DNA from: Candidatus Bathyarchaeota archaeon
Lineage (GTDB): Archaea; Thermoproteota; Bathyarchaeia; Bathyarchaeales; Bathycorpusculaceae
Reading direction: 5' to 3'
Assembly: GCA_963767735.1 (NCBI GenBank)
Contig: CAVYES010000006.1
Location: 1 to 64,000 of the forward strand
Length of the DNA: 64,000 bases
The translations under genes and the position numbers were made by a program. Shown here one piece after another: positions 1-8,008 of the stretch (the first letter of the stretch is position 1; each line of letters begins with the position of its first letter). The notes under the pieces were generated by a model. The model saw nothing but the letters and a program-made list of their open reading frames with translations, did no database searches and had not been told where the DNA came from.

Positions 1-51
1 TGTCTTTTAAATAGTAAAAAACATCATTGCGTTGGTCACACGTGAAAAAAT

Positions 52-1318
52 ATGACTGAACCTGAAATCGTAGAAGAAAAAGGAGCCAGATCCAAAAGAA
101 CCTGCCGATGAAGCCGTTGAACAAGTCCAAGCAGTTGAAGCAGTCAAACAAGATGAACCAGAAAAACCAGAATTAATAGACGAATTAACAGAAGAAAAAC
201 ATGAAGAAGAAACTGCACCAGACAAGAAAGAAAAGAAGTTAAAAGCAAAACCCGCCATAACCGAAGCAGCTGAACCCGAACCAGAAACAGCAGAACCAGA
301 ATTGATCGAAGAGGAACCTGAAGAAGAAACTGAGTCGCTCAAGACAAAATACCAGTTTATTGAAGACCTTCCGGGTGTTGGTCCAGCCACAGCACAGAAA
401 CTCCAGGAACTCGGCTATCACACGGTTGAATCATTAGCGATGGCCACGATACGTGAACTTGAGCCGGTCGGAGTGAGCGAGAAGAAGGCTTTTCAAAGAA
501 TGAGTGCAGCGCATTCCACGATGGGTCTTTCCTTTGTAAGGGCTGACGAACTTTTCAAGACAAGAGCGGCTGTTCAGCGTTTGACTAGCGAAATCGAAGC
601 TTTAGATAACCTTTTGGCTGGCGGGTTAGAAACACAAACCATCACGGAGTTCTATGGCGAATGTGACAGTGGCAAAAGTGAGGTGTGCCATCAGCTATGT
701 GTAAATGTGCAGTTGCCTCCTGAGCGCGGTGGCTTAGGCGGCGGCGCACTCTACTTGAACACTGAGACAACCTTCAGGCTTGAACGTATAGTGCAGAGCT
801 GAGCACTTAGGCTTGGATCCTCAGCAAGTAGCCAAAAACATCATCTACGCTGAAGCTTACACCTCTGATCATCAAATGTTTCTCTTAAAAACGCCGATGA
901 AATAATCAAGAAAAACAACATAAAACTAATCATTGTGGACTCTTTGACCGCGCACTTTCGAAACGAGTACCTGGGCAGAGAAATGTTAGCCCCAAGACAG
1001 CAGAAACTAAACAAGCACATGCACAAACTCATCTCTTTGGCAAGAGCGTTTAACTGCGTGGCAATAGTTACGAATCAGGTTATGGCTAAACCGGACCAGT
1101 TCTTCGGCGATGCTATACATCCGATTGGCGGAAACATTGTAGGTCACACAAGTCAAACGCGGATTTACCTTCGTAAACCAAAAAGTGGATCTACACGGAT
1201 CGCGAGACTTGTTTCAAGTCCCTATCTGCCGGAGGGTGAAGAAATCTACAAGATAACTGAGAACGGCATAGAGGAAGTAACTGAGGAAGAAAAAGCTGCG
1301 AAAAAAGGCAGCCGCTAA
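52..1318 (+). pseudogene. radA: RadA recombinase, disrupted, with an acidic Glu/Pro-rich N-terminal extension of about 90 aa
   Basis: HhH motif EDLPGVGPATAQKL, Walker A GECDSGKS (canonical GE[F/Y]GSGK[T/S]), Walker B LIIVDS, and RQQKLNKH and GGNIVGH motifs. Three indels (about 76-81, 797, 887) plus substitutions at conserved sites. TATA-like TTTTAAATA at 5-13. Confidence 0.8.
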
Positions 1319-1428
1319 ATCAAGCTGTTGGTTCATTTATGCGGGGTACGAGCGTAAAAAAGCTGGCTGGTTAAGAGACATCCTGACTTGTAACGCCTGC
1401 TCTTGAGATTTTTGGCTCAAAGTGGCTG

Positions 1429-1833
1429 TTAAACGTCGGGCAGTTTCCATCCTTCTTTTATTTTTTTCCTGATTATCTCTTGGATTGCTGGGACTGTTAG
1501 AGCAAAGTCGATGTGCTCGCAGTCATTGCTTTTGTCTAAGTCGCAGAATATCCCTTCTGGTTTGAAGTAGATGTCTGCTATCATGTGGAGTTTGCGATCC
1601 GTTATTCTTGCGCCGTCTGCGTCGATGTTGTAGTGTTCGAAACGCGGCATTTCTGCCATTTTGTACTGACTTAAAAGTTCCCTTAGAGCGTCCTTTATTA
1701 TTTCGGATCGGCTCTTGAATCCGTGTTTGCCGATTAACTTGTCCATTTCAACAACTATATCGTTTGGCAGCTTGATTGTTGTGTAGTTTCCTTCTATGGG
1801 GTCTTTCTCTATTCTCTTTGGCAACTCAATCAC
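1429..1833 (-). CDS. Ribbon-helix-helix (CopG/NikR-like) regulator with C-terminal putative Zn-binding domain
   Basis: YTTIKLPNDIVVEMDKLI..GFKSRSEIIKDALRELL RHH pattern; C-terminal CDLDKSNDCEH. Confidence 0.8.
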   Translation of the reverse strand: MIELPKRIEKDPIEGNYTTIKLPNDIVVEMDKLIGKHGFKSRSEIIKDALRELLSQYKMAEMPRFEHYNIDADGARITDRKLHMIADIYFKPEGIFCDLDKSNDCEHIDFALTVPAIQEIIRKKIKEGWKLPDV

Positions 1834-1840
1834 GATTTGA

Positions 1841-1858
1841 TTAGTAATGCATTACTAA
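1841..1858. promoter_or_regulatory. Perfect 18-bp palindromic operator TTAGTAATGCATTACTAA
   Basis: Perfect inverted repeat between divergent RHH genes; degenerate copy GTGGCAATATATTACTAA at 1900-1917 (13/18 match). Confidence 0.7.
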
Positions 1859-1979
1859 GATTATTATTTAACAATTCCTGTTAATAAATCACTCGCCTGG
1901 TGGCAATATATTACTAATAGATTGCAATAAACGCTTAAGTGGAACCCCTTTTATTATGCTATTATTAATAGGTGATTAA

Positions 1980-2150
1980 ATGGGCAAGAAAGAAGTGTAT
2001 GTAACAGTAAAGCTGCCAAAAACCTTGGTCGATGAAATCTTAGATCCCTTAGTTGGGGCGCATGGCTACTCAAGCAGAACTGAAGCCATAAAAGATGGCT
2101 TAAGAAGACTATCCGAAAAATACCAAAAAACAATATGTCGCGAGGCGTAG
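1980..2150 (+). CDS. Small RHH DNA-binding protein (56 aa; not in ORF track)
   Basis: MGKKEVYVTVKLPKTLVDEILDPLVGAHGYSSRTEAIKDGLRRLSEKYQKTICREA; AGGTGA RBS upstream; paralogous to the N-terminus of 1429-1833. Confidence 0.8.
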   Translation: MGKKEVYVTVKLPKTLVDEILDPLVGAHGYSSRTEAIKDGLRRLSEKYQKTICREA

Positions 2151-2374
2151 CGGCTTTGAAAAGCAAGAATTTTAGATGCACGCTTTGCTCAGGTAAAACC
2201 GAAAAGGTCTACGAGACAGAGCGCAACATATTTTTGCAATGTCCTCGCGACCATAAGGTTCCTAAAACTGAAAGACGCCCAGGTGACCCGCACAAGTATC
2301 ATGCACCAGTGTTTATGCTTCGCAAGACGGAATTTGAAGACTTTAGCAAGGCGACGATTGGTGGCGTAAGCTAA
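2135..2374 (+). CDS. Small putative Zn-finger protein
   Basis: CTLC...CPRDH motif; overlaps both neighbours in an operon. Confidence 0.6.
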   Translation: MSRGVAALKSKNFRCTLCSGKTEKVYETERNIFLQCPRDHKVPKTERRPGDPHKYHAPVFMLRKTEFEDFSKATIGGVS

Positions 2375-2607
2375 TGGAACATGCTAAGGTTTGCCCTTTT
2401 GCCGCTGCCAATCCACAGCAGGAAAACAGCGATTGCCTAGGCGACGCATGCGCATGTTACGTAAAAATGCACAAATCCATTCCTTCAGAACACTGCGAGA
2501 TTGAATTTTTCTACCGCTATAAGGGCTGCGGACTAGTCGCTCATGTTCCTTGGGAACTGGTCAAACGCGAAGATCTCAAAAAGGGCAAAACTAAACCAGT
2601 AAATTAA
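2374..2607 (+). CDS. Small Cys-rich hypothetical protein
   Basis: CPF...CLGDACAC...CGL pattern; TAATG stop/start coupling. Confidence 0.6.
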   Translation: MEHAKVCPFAAANPQQENSDCLGDACACYVKMHKSIPSEHCEIEFFYRYKGCGLVAHVPWELVKREDLKKGKTKPVN

Positions 2608-2645
2608 CTTCGGGAAAAAGATGAGTTATTGAAAGGTGGGAGGGA

Positions 2646-3098
2646 ATGGCTGAGCTTACGGATAATGCATCTACCCCAGATTGCATATTTGGCACCAAAG
2701 CCGGTTCAAATAACGGTAAGTCGGATTCTACCATGTCCGACGGCGCCAGCTCCTTATGCCCACTCGTCTATGTTCGGTACAAAGATCATGTGTTTTTTAA
2801 AAATATGCAAAATCCCAAAGCTGAAGCAATAGAGCGGGAGGCTATTGGTTGGGTAAAAGAGCAAACCGATGAGTTGTTACTTCTTGAGAATGATCGGGCT
2901 ATTCCAAGCCGTGGCAAGAATGTTAATGGGCTTATTATTTTGAAAAACTGCATCGTGGAAGCCCATCCTCTGCTATTACAAAATAATTTAAAATGGGTTT
3001 TAAATTCAGCAAAGCCTACAGTGAAGGATGAGTATGCGTTCCGACCATCGGAGCGAAAAACTCACTCCCAAAATTCTAAGGGAGAGAAGAAGCCATGA
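2646..3098 (+). CDS. Hypothetical protein, possible Sm/SH3-like beta-barrel
   Basis: LVYVRYKDH...IGWV...LLL...GLIILKNCIVE pattern; GGAGG RBS; ATGA overlap with the integrase. Confidence 0.55.
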   Translation: MAELTDNASTPDCIFGTKAGSNNGKSDSTMSDGASSLCPLVYVRYKDHVFFKNMQNPKAEAIEREAIGWVKEQTDELLLLENDRAIPSRGKNVNGLIILKNCIVEAHPLLLQNNLKWVLNSAKPTVKDEYAFRPSERKTHSQNSKGEKKP

Positions 3099-4525
3099 TC
3101 GAAAGAACAACAACCTTAGCCCCCGCTATAACTCGAACACGCAAACTCTCCATCGAACAATTAAAGGACCTTAAACTTCCGCTGATATTCCAACAAGACA
3201 TAATTATTATCGAAAGAAGCCTAAACGGCTGGAAACTACGAACGCCAATCAGCATAAACTTGGAAAAAGTCCTCGAAGCACAAGAAATCGGCTTAGTCGA
3301 ATACATCATAAAATCCTGCCTTAGTTATCAACCAAGCATAATCCCATACATCTTTGAAAACAAAAGCCTCGTAAAAGTAGCCCGCCATTTCTTTAGACAC
3401 CGCTCGGGCTCCCATGCAAGCTGCCTAATGTATGCAGTAAAGCTCCGAAAATACGCCATCTGGCTAGGACACAGCCCTGACACCATAATTCAAGACATAA
3501 AACCAATCGGTGCTATCCCCGATCCAATTAAGGTTCAAAACCACAGCGGCTTTCTTAACGATTACGTAGCTGAACTTCAAGACAACGGCTTAAAACCAAA
3601 CTCAGTTAACAATTGCATTAAAGCAGTCAAAACTTTCTACCGCGTAAACGGCGCTGAAGTAAAACTCTCTGAGCCTCTAGTCCGCAAAGCAGTCTACAAG
3701 GACAGAGCACCTAAACCAGAAGAAATCACCCTGATCCTAGACAAATCAGCCGTTCGAGAAAGCTTCATCATTGCAGCCATATCAACAGGCGGATTCCGAG
3801 AAGGAACATTCGCCAAACTAAAATACAGACACGTACGCGAAGACATAGAAGCCAATAGGATACCCATCCATATCCACGTCGAAGCTGCAATCACCAAAGG
3901 CAAATACCACGACTACGACACCTTCATTAACGCAGAAGCAAGCCAACTCCTGAAACTGTACATAGAGGACAGAAAACGCGGCACCAGATTTATGCCGCCA
4001 GAAGAACTCACCGACGACTCACCGCTAATCAGAAATGGTCGTATCGCCGACAGAGTACTTGGCGTTAGCGAAAAAACCATAAGCAAAATCGTCCACGAAG
4101 TCGCCGTTAGTACAAAAATCGCCAAAAAATTACCTGATAGCTGGATGTACAGTGTAAGGACACATAGCCTAAGAAAATTCTTTAGAACACAGATGAGCGC
4201 AGTAAAGCTTGATTCCGAAATCATCAACTACATGATGGGACACACAGTAGACACCTATGAGGACGTGCAAAGCTTAGGCATTGAGACACTAAGAAACATG
4301 TATTCATCAGCCGGATTAGCAATTAGACCAAAGACACAAGCAAACCGAATCGACCAACTCAAAGAAATCATCCGCGCCTGGGGAGAAAACCCCGAGGAAC
4401 TCCTAACCAGAGATGCATTATTGCGGGGGAACATAACTGAGACCTCAGAACAGACACACAATCACCAGCTATCGATCCTAGCCGAGCAACTAAAAGAGCT
4501 AATAAAGAAGGAGGTCTCAACATAA
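3095..4525 (+). CDS. Tyrosine recombinase/integrase
   Basis: Catalytic residues R (TGGFREG), K (TKGK), HxxR (HSLRKFF), H and Y (MMGHTVDTY); core-binding region (GLKPNSVNNCIKAVKTFY). Confidence 0.93.
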   Translation: MIERTTTLAPAITRTRKLSIEQLKDLKLPLIFQQDIIIIERSLNGWKLRTPISINLEKVLEAQEIGLVEYIIKSCLSYQPSIIPYIFENKSLVKVARHFFRHRSGSHASCLMYAVKLRKYAIWLGHSPDTIIQDIKPIGAIPDPIKVQNHSGFLNDYVAELQDNGLKPNSVNNCIKAVKTFYRVNGAEVKLSEPLVRKAVYKDRAPKPEEITLILDKSAVRESFIIAAISTGGFREGTFAKLKYRHVREDIEANRIPIHIHVEAAITKGKYHDYDTFINAEASQLLKLYIEDRKRGTRFMPPEELTDDSPLIRNGRIADRVLGVSEKTISKIVHEVAVSTKIAKKLPDSWMYSVRTHSLRKFFRTQMSAVKLDSEIINYMMGHTVDTYEDVQSLGIETLRNMYSSAGLAIRPKTQANRIDQLKEIIRAWGENPEELLTRDALLRGNITETSEQTHNHQLSILAEQLKELIKKEVST

Positions 4526-4628
4526 AAACAACCAAAAGACGGTACTTTTTCGCGTTCGCACCAGAAGAAACCAGCGGCCCCACCACAAGTCCTAACTTAA
4601 GAAAAAAGGATTCGCTTAAATAATTAAG

Positions 4629-4649
4629 CGAGTCCCAGCGGGCCCGCCA
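4629..4649 (+). repeat. Probable attR: tRNA 3'-end fragment CGAGTCCCAGCGGGCCCGCCA
   Basis: T-loop remnant, T-stem, acceptor strand CGGGCCC, discriminator G and CCA; fits archaeal GGGCCCG-acceptor tRNAs (Lys/Arg-like); 103 bp after the integrase. Confidence 0.75.
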
Positions 4650-4740
4650 TCTACCCATAAAAAATTTGTGCCTTAAAAGAAATCGGCTCAAAATTTTTTT
4701 TCTTGTTGATTAAAAAAATCAAAGAAATGGTTAAGGCTAT

Positions 4741-5418
4741 TTATTCTCTGCTTGAGAGTATCAAGATGTAGTCTGCTGTGTCGGCGCACATGTCTGCCGC
4801 TTGCTCAATGAATTCTATCAGGTCGTCGAATATTACCATGGCTCCGCAGTTCATGTCTGCGCCGTATTTCACGAATAATTTTTTAGTGTTAAGGTATTCA
4901 GCATCTATTGCGTGCTCTATTTCGCCGACTTTTTTTGCTTCATTTATGGCTTCTGTTGGGTTTGATGAGATTTTTTCTATACTGTTTCTTAATGTCTGTG
5001 CTGTTTCCACAAGTTTTCCGGTCATGAGAAGAGTTTTTTCGTTTAGCTCCGTCGGGATTTCAGCCCCAGAGAGCATTTCAAGGCATCTTGCGGCATCTTT
5101 AGTGTGGTCTGCCAGAGTGTCTAACCGTTTAACAAGGTGTAAGAGGTCTTCACGGTAATCTGCTACAAGAGCTGCACCCTTGGATAACTCCATGAAAACG
5201 TCTGTTCGAAGCTGGTCTACGCCCTCCTCAGTTTTATACAAGTTTTCAATGTATTTTTGGGCTTCTTTAAAGTTTTTTTCTGCAAAGCTTTTGGTTGCTT
5301 TATTCAGCCATGTTACTGTATCAAAAGCCTTTGTTATTTGATCATGAGCAAGTTCTAATCCTCTGTTTTTTCGGCGCTGTTCAAACCAATCGTAACTTTT
5401 TCTTTCCAATCTTATCAC
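4741..5418 (-). CDS. DUF47 / PhoU-like phosphate transport regulator
   Basis: Two EEGVD/EHAID helical repeats; REDLLHLVKRLDTLAD and IEQAADMCADTAD motifs. Confidence 0.85.
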   Translation of the reverse strand: MIRLERKSYDWFEQRRKNRGLELAHDQITKAFDTVTWLNKATKSFAEKNFKEAQKYIENLYKTEEGVDQLRTDVFMELSKGAALVADYREDLLHLVKRLDTLADHTKDAARCLEMLSGAEIPTELNEKTLLMTGKLVETAQTLRNSIEKISSNPTEAINEAKKVGEIEHAIDAEYLNTKKLFVKYGADMNCGAMVIFDDLIEFIEQAADMCADTADYILILSSRE

Positions 5419-5488
5419 TATTCTTACATTATTGAATAGTTTTCAGATATAACCCTTCTCTTAATGCTCATCCAAAGATAACTTTAAC

Positions 5489-5513
5489 GCACTCGTCTTT
5501 TTCTTACGAGTGC
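5489..5513. terminator. Stem-loop GCACTCGT-N9-ACGAGTGC
   Basis: Perfect 8-bp stem just downstream of the minus-strand small ORFs. Confidence 0.4.
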
Positions 5514-5534
5514 TTACATTTTTAGGAGTTACGA

Positions 5535-5621
5535 TTAGTATGCATCAATCGCCAGAAGCCAATCAACATGATCGCTCTTTTTCGCTTGTGCTCGCCTTGT
5601 GTTACCTGTTTTTTCCTTCAC
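5535..5621 (-). CDS. Candidate 28-aa peptide MKEKTGNTRRAQAKKSDHVDWLLAIDAY
   Basis: GTG start 7 nt after a GAGGGGG RBS; intergenic. Confidence 0.4.
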   Translation of the reverse strand: MKEKTGNTRRAQAKKSDHVDWLLAIDAY

Positions 5622-5661
5622 AATTCATCCCCCTCAATAATCTTAGATGTTTAACCATGCC

Positions 5662-5730
5662 TCAAACATGGATGAAGTACCATGGCGCTTCGAGTTCTGT
5701 GGATCGTTTTCTCATCTTCTTCTTCTGCAT
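5662..5730 (-). CDS. Candidate 22-aa peptide MQKKKMRKRSTELEAPWYFIHV
   Basis: Intergenic ORF downstream of TATA-like elements (about 5784-5814). Confidence 0.3.
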   Translation of the reverse strand: MQKKKMRKRSTELEAPWYFIHV

Positions 5731-5825
5731 GGCACTGTCATTAAACACTCTCTTTTTTTTGCTTTATTTGTACTTTCCAAATAGTATATAGAGAGTAACC
5801 TAGACTATATATTACAGATTTTATG

Positions 5826-6743
5826 TTAGCTTTCCAGAACGGTCTTAGCTAACCGCACTTTATCTTCTAAACTTTTCATCACAGTATCCGTCATTTTCAC
5901 TTTGATTCCAAGCTGCTCTATCCGGCTCTTTTCCTCAACATCTCTTATGTCAATCACATATGTATCAAGAAAATCCGCATAAAGCTTAGCAACAGAAAAC
6001 GCTGAAACCCCAAAACCTAAACCACGCAGCAGTTTATCTGCAGGCCCCTTAATCGGAGCACCAGCAACTATAGGGCTAACCCCGACAACTCTGGCATCTG
6101 TCTCCTTCAACGCGTCTCTGATTCCGTTAACCGAGAGGATAGTGCCGATGCTAACAATCGGATTGCTGGGACAAATAACAACCCTTTCCGCATCAATAAT
6201 TGAATTCACAACTTTAGGTGAAGGTTTCGCTTGAGCAGCACCGACAAATTCTACAGCTAAAACCTTATCCTTGGCTTGTCTTTTAACAAAATACTCTTCG
6301 AAATGGATTAACCCTTCCTCAATTTTTATCCAAGTCTCAAACTTATCATCCGTCATTGGCAAAATGGTGACTTTAAGCCCTAAAGTATGGCAAATCTGGT
6401 CGGTTACCTGCGAGAGTGTGAAACCTTTGTTTAACAAATTGGTCCGAAAAATATGAGTTGCAAAATCTTTATCGCCTAAATTGAACCATGTTTCTAACCC
6501 CAATTTTTTGATCATTTCGAGACATTGAAACGTGTCGCCTTTTATTCCCCAACCTTTCTCCTCGTCAACAATACCTGCCAAAGTGTACGCCACAATGTCG
6601 ATGTCTGGCGACACATGTAATCCGAACATGTCAATGTCATCGCCAGTATTCACAATTACCGAAACGTCTTCCTCTTTAACAAGCTTCACTAAACCCGTCA
6701 GGAACCTAGCTGCGCCAACGCCACCTGCTAAAGCCGTAATCAT
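5826..6743 (-). CDS. cofD: 2-phospho-L-lactate transferase (F420 biosynthesis)
   Basis: LAGGVGAARF, VNTGDD, SPDID, LGDKD, PSNPIVSIG and KGPADK motifs. Confidence 0.95.
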   Translation of the reverse strand: MITALAGGVGAARFLTGLVKLVKEEDVSVIVNTGDDIDMFGLHVSPDIDIVAYTLAGIVDEEKGWGIKGDTFQCLEMIKKLGLETWFNLGDKDFATHIFRTNLLNKGFTLSQVTDQICHTLGLKVTILPMTDDKFETWIKIEEGLIHFEEYFVKRQAKDKVLAVEFVGAAQAKPSPKVVNSIIDAERVVICPSNPIVSIGTILSVNGIRDALKETDARVVGVSPIVAGAPIKGPADKLLRGLGFGVSAFSVAKLYADFLDTYVIDIRDVEEKSRIEQLGIKVKMTDTVMKSLEDKVRLAKTVLES

Positions 6744-6763
6744 ACCTTTTCATGCCGTCAATG

Positions 6764-7228
6764 TTAATGATTATGTTTTTCTGAAACCCAATATTGAGCT
6801 GCAGAACCCTTTGAATCCACGATGTGTTCTTTTTTGAAAACTGGTGCTTCGCTTTTGTATCTCTCCACCGCCTCGCGCAGGACTGGAAAAATATCTGTAC
6901 GGTGAGAACCAGCCACCGCAACGTAGACTAAATCGTCTCCAACGTTGAATTCGCCGAGTAAATGGTGAATTTGAACGTTAACTATTCCCGGCTTTTCGGA
7001 TAAGTCATCGCATATTTTGCCTAAGACTTGATTGGCTTTTTCTTCATAAGCTTCAAGCTGGAGCTTTTCCACTTTTTGACCCTCGAAAGTTTCCCCTCGA
7101 ACTACACCGATAAAAAGCCCAATCGCCCCCGCTTTGTGGTAGTTAGGGTCTTTTTTAATGTTGTTGATAGTGTCTTGAACCGTAAAGGTTCCCTTTTCAT
7201 GAACTCCCGCCCTTGGCGACAAACACAT
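6764..7228 (-). CDS. moaE: Molybdopterin synthase catalytic subunit
   Basis: GAIGLFIGVVRG, LEAY, HR, and APVFKKE motifs. Confidence 0.9.
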   Translation of the reverse strand: MCLSPRAGVHEKGTFTVQDTINNIKKDPNYHKAGAIGLFIGVVRGETFEGQKVEKLQLEAYEEKANQVLGKICDDLSEKPGIVNVQIHHLLGEFNVGDDLVYVAVAGSHRTDIFPVLREAVERYKSEAPVFKKEHIVDSKGSAAQYWVSEKHNH

Positions 7229-7319
7229 GCTCCCCTAATGTTTCATTATGGAAAATTTTAGATTATCGTTTCTAAAGTATCTTGCCCTAAACATGAAAAA
7301 TTTGAAAATAAAAAATATG

Positions 7320-7958
7320 TTATGCTTCAGCTTGAACTACTGGTGCCGCTTGAGCTTCTTGCGTTTGCGGCTTCACTTGTGGTTCCGCTAATAGTTTGGA
7401 TTTTCTTATGCCAACATGCCTTAACGGCGCAACTTCTTTAGCTTGGTTATAGATGTCTGAAGCGATTTTGCCCAGAACCATTTCTTGGACGAACTGGTCC
7501 AGCGATAAAGCATTAGCTTTCTCGTGGATTGTTTTATCCATCATTTTGCGGATTATCTTTTCTTGCGACGTTTTTATTCTTGAAAGAGTCAGAGCTGAAA
7601 CTGCGATTCTAAGTTTATAGCCATCTTTTGTAGTTAGGTTGATTAATGAATCAACTTTTGTTGTTCTCCTTCTTACCAAGCTTCGAAGGTAATCCCGCGA
7701 GTACTCATGACCCTTAAAGAGCGTTTTAGCAGTTTTTGCGTCAACCTCGTTAACTTGGAAAAACATTTTCAAGAAATGATGAGAAAAATCGGCTGTTATA
7801 TCGTATAAAGTGGCTTCAACAACTCTTCCAATGAGCTGTTCTGGTTCTTGCGCTGGTATGGCACCTAACTCGACGTTGCCAAAATAGGGTGGAGCAACAA
7901 CCATGTACCATCCTTTACCACGCCACTTATCACGAATATGTTTTGTTTTTGAAGACAA
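7320..7958 (-). CDS. rps3ae: 30S ribosomal protein S3Ae (eS1)
   Basis: RDKW..K.WY, GRVVEATLYD, DYLRSLVRR, PLRHVGIRKSK. Confidence 0.96.
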   Translation of the reverse strand: MSSKTKHIRDKWRGKGWYMVVAPPYFGNVELGAIPAQEPEQLIGRVVEATLYDITADFSHHFLKMFFQVNEVDAKTAKTLFKGHEYSRDYLRSLVRRRTTKVDSLINLTTKDGYKLRIAVSALTLSRIKTSQEKIIRKMMDKTIHEKANALSLDQFVQEMVLGKIASDIYNQAKEVAPLRHVGIRKSKLLAEPQVKPQTQEAQAAPVVQAEA

Positions 7959-8008
7959 ATTTATTTCTCCAAACGCGCATCAACATTCTCAAGGGAATAT
8001 TAAAAGGT

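Larger units (their letters stand above)
1..4649. mobile_element. Right part of a tRNA-integrated element (provirus or integrative plasmid-like); left boundary probably outside the window
   Basis: Tyrosine integrase 3095-4525 followed by a tRNA 3'-end fragment at 4629-4649. RHH regulators and small Cys-rich ORFs lie upstream; housekeeping genes resume at 4741. No matching intact tRNA in the window. Confidence 0.75.

Noticed and set aside
7-421. Ser-rich minus-strand ORFs 7-390 and 239-421
   Set aside because: Antisense shadows of the Glu-rich radA N-terminus.
800-802. TGA in radA as selenocysteine or readthrough
   Set aside because: The homology continues in a different frame, so this is a deletion and not an in-frame stop.
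4629-4649. Intact tRNA gene
   Set aside because: Only the T-arm and acceptor 3' part is present; no D-arm or anticodon arm lies upstream.
5510-5791. 93-aa plus-strand ORF
   Set aside because: No RBS or family motif; promoter and RBS signals favour the minus-strand small ORFs.
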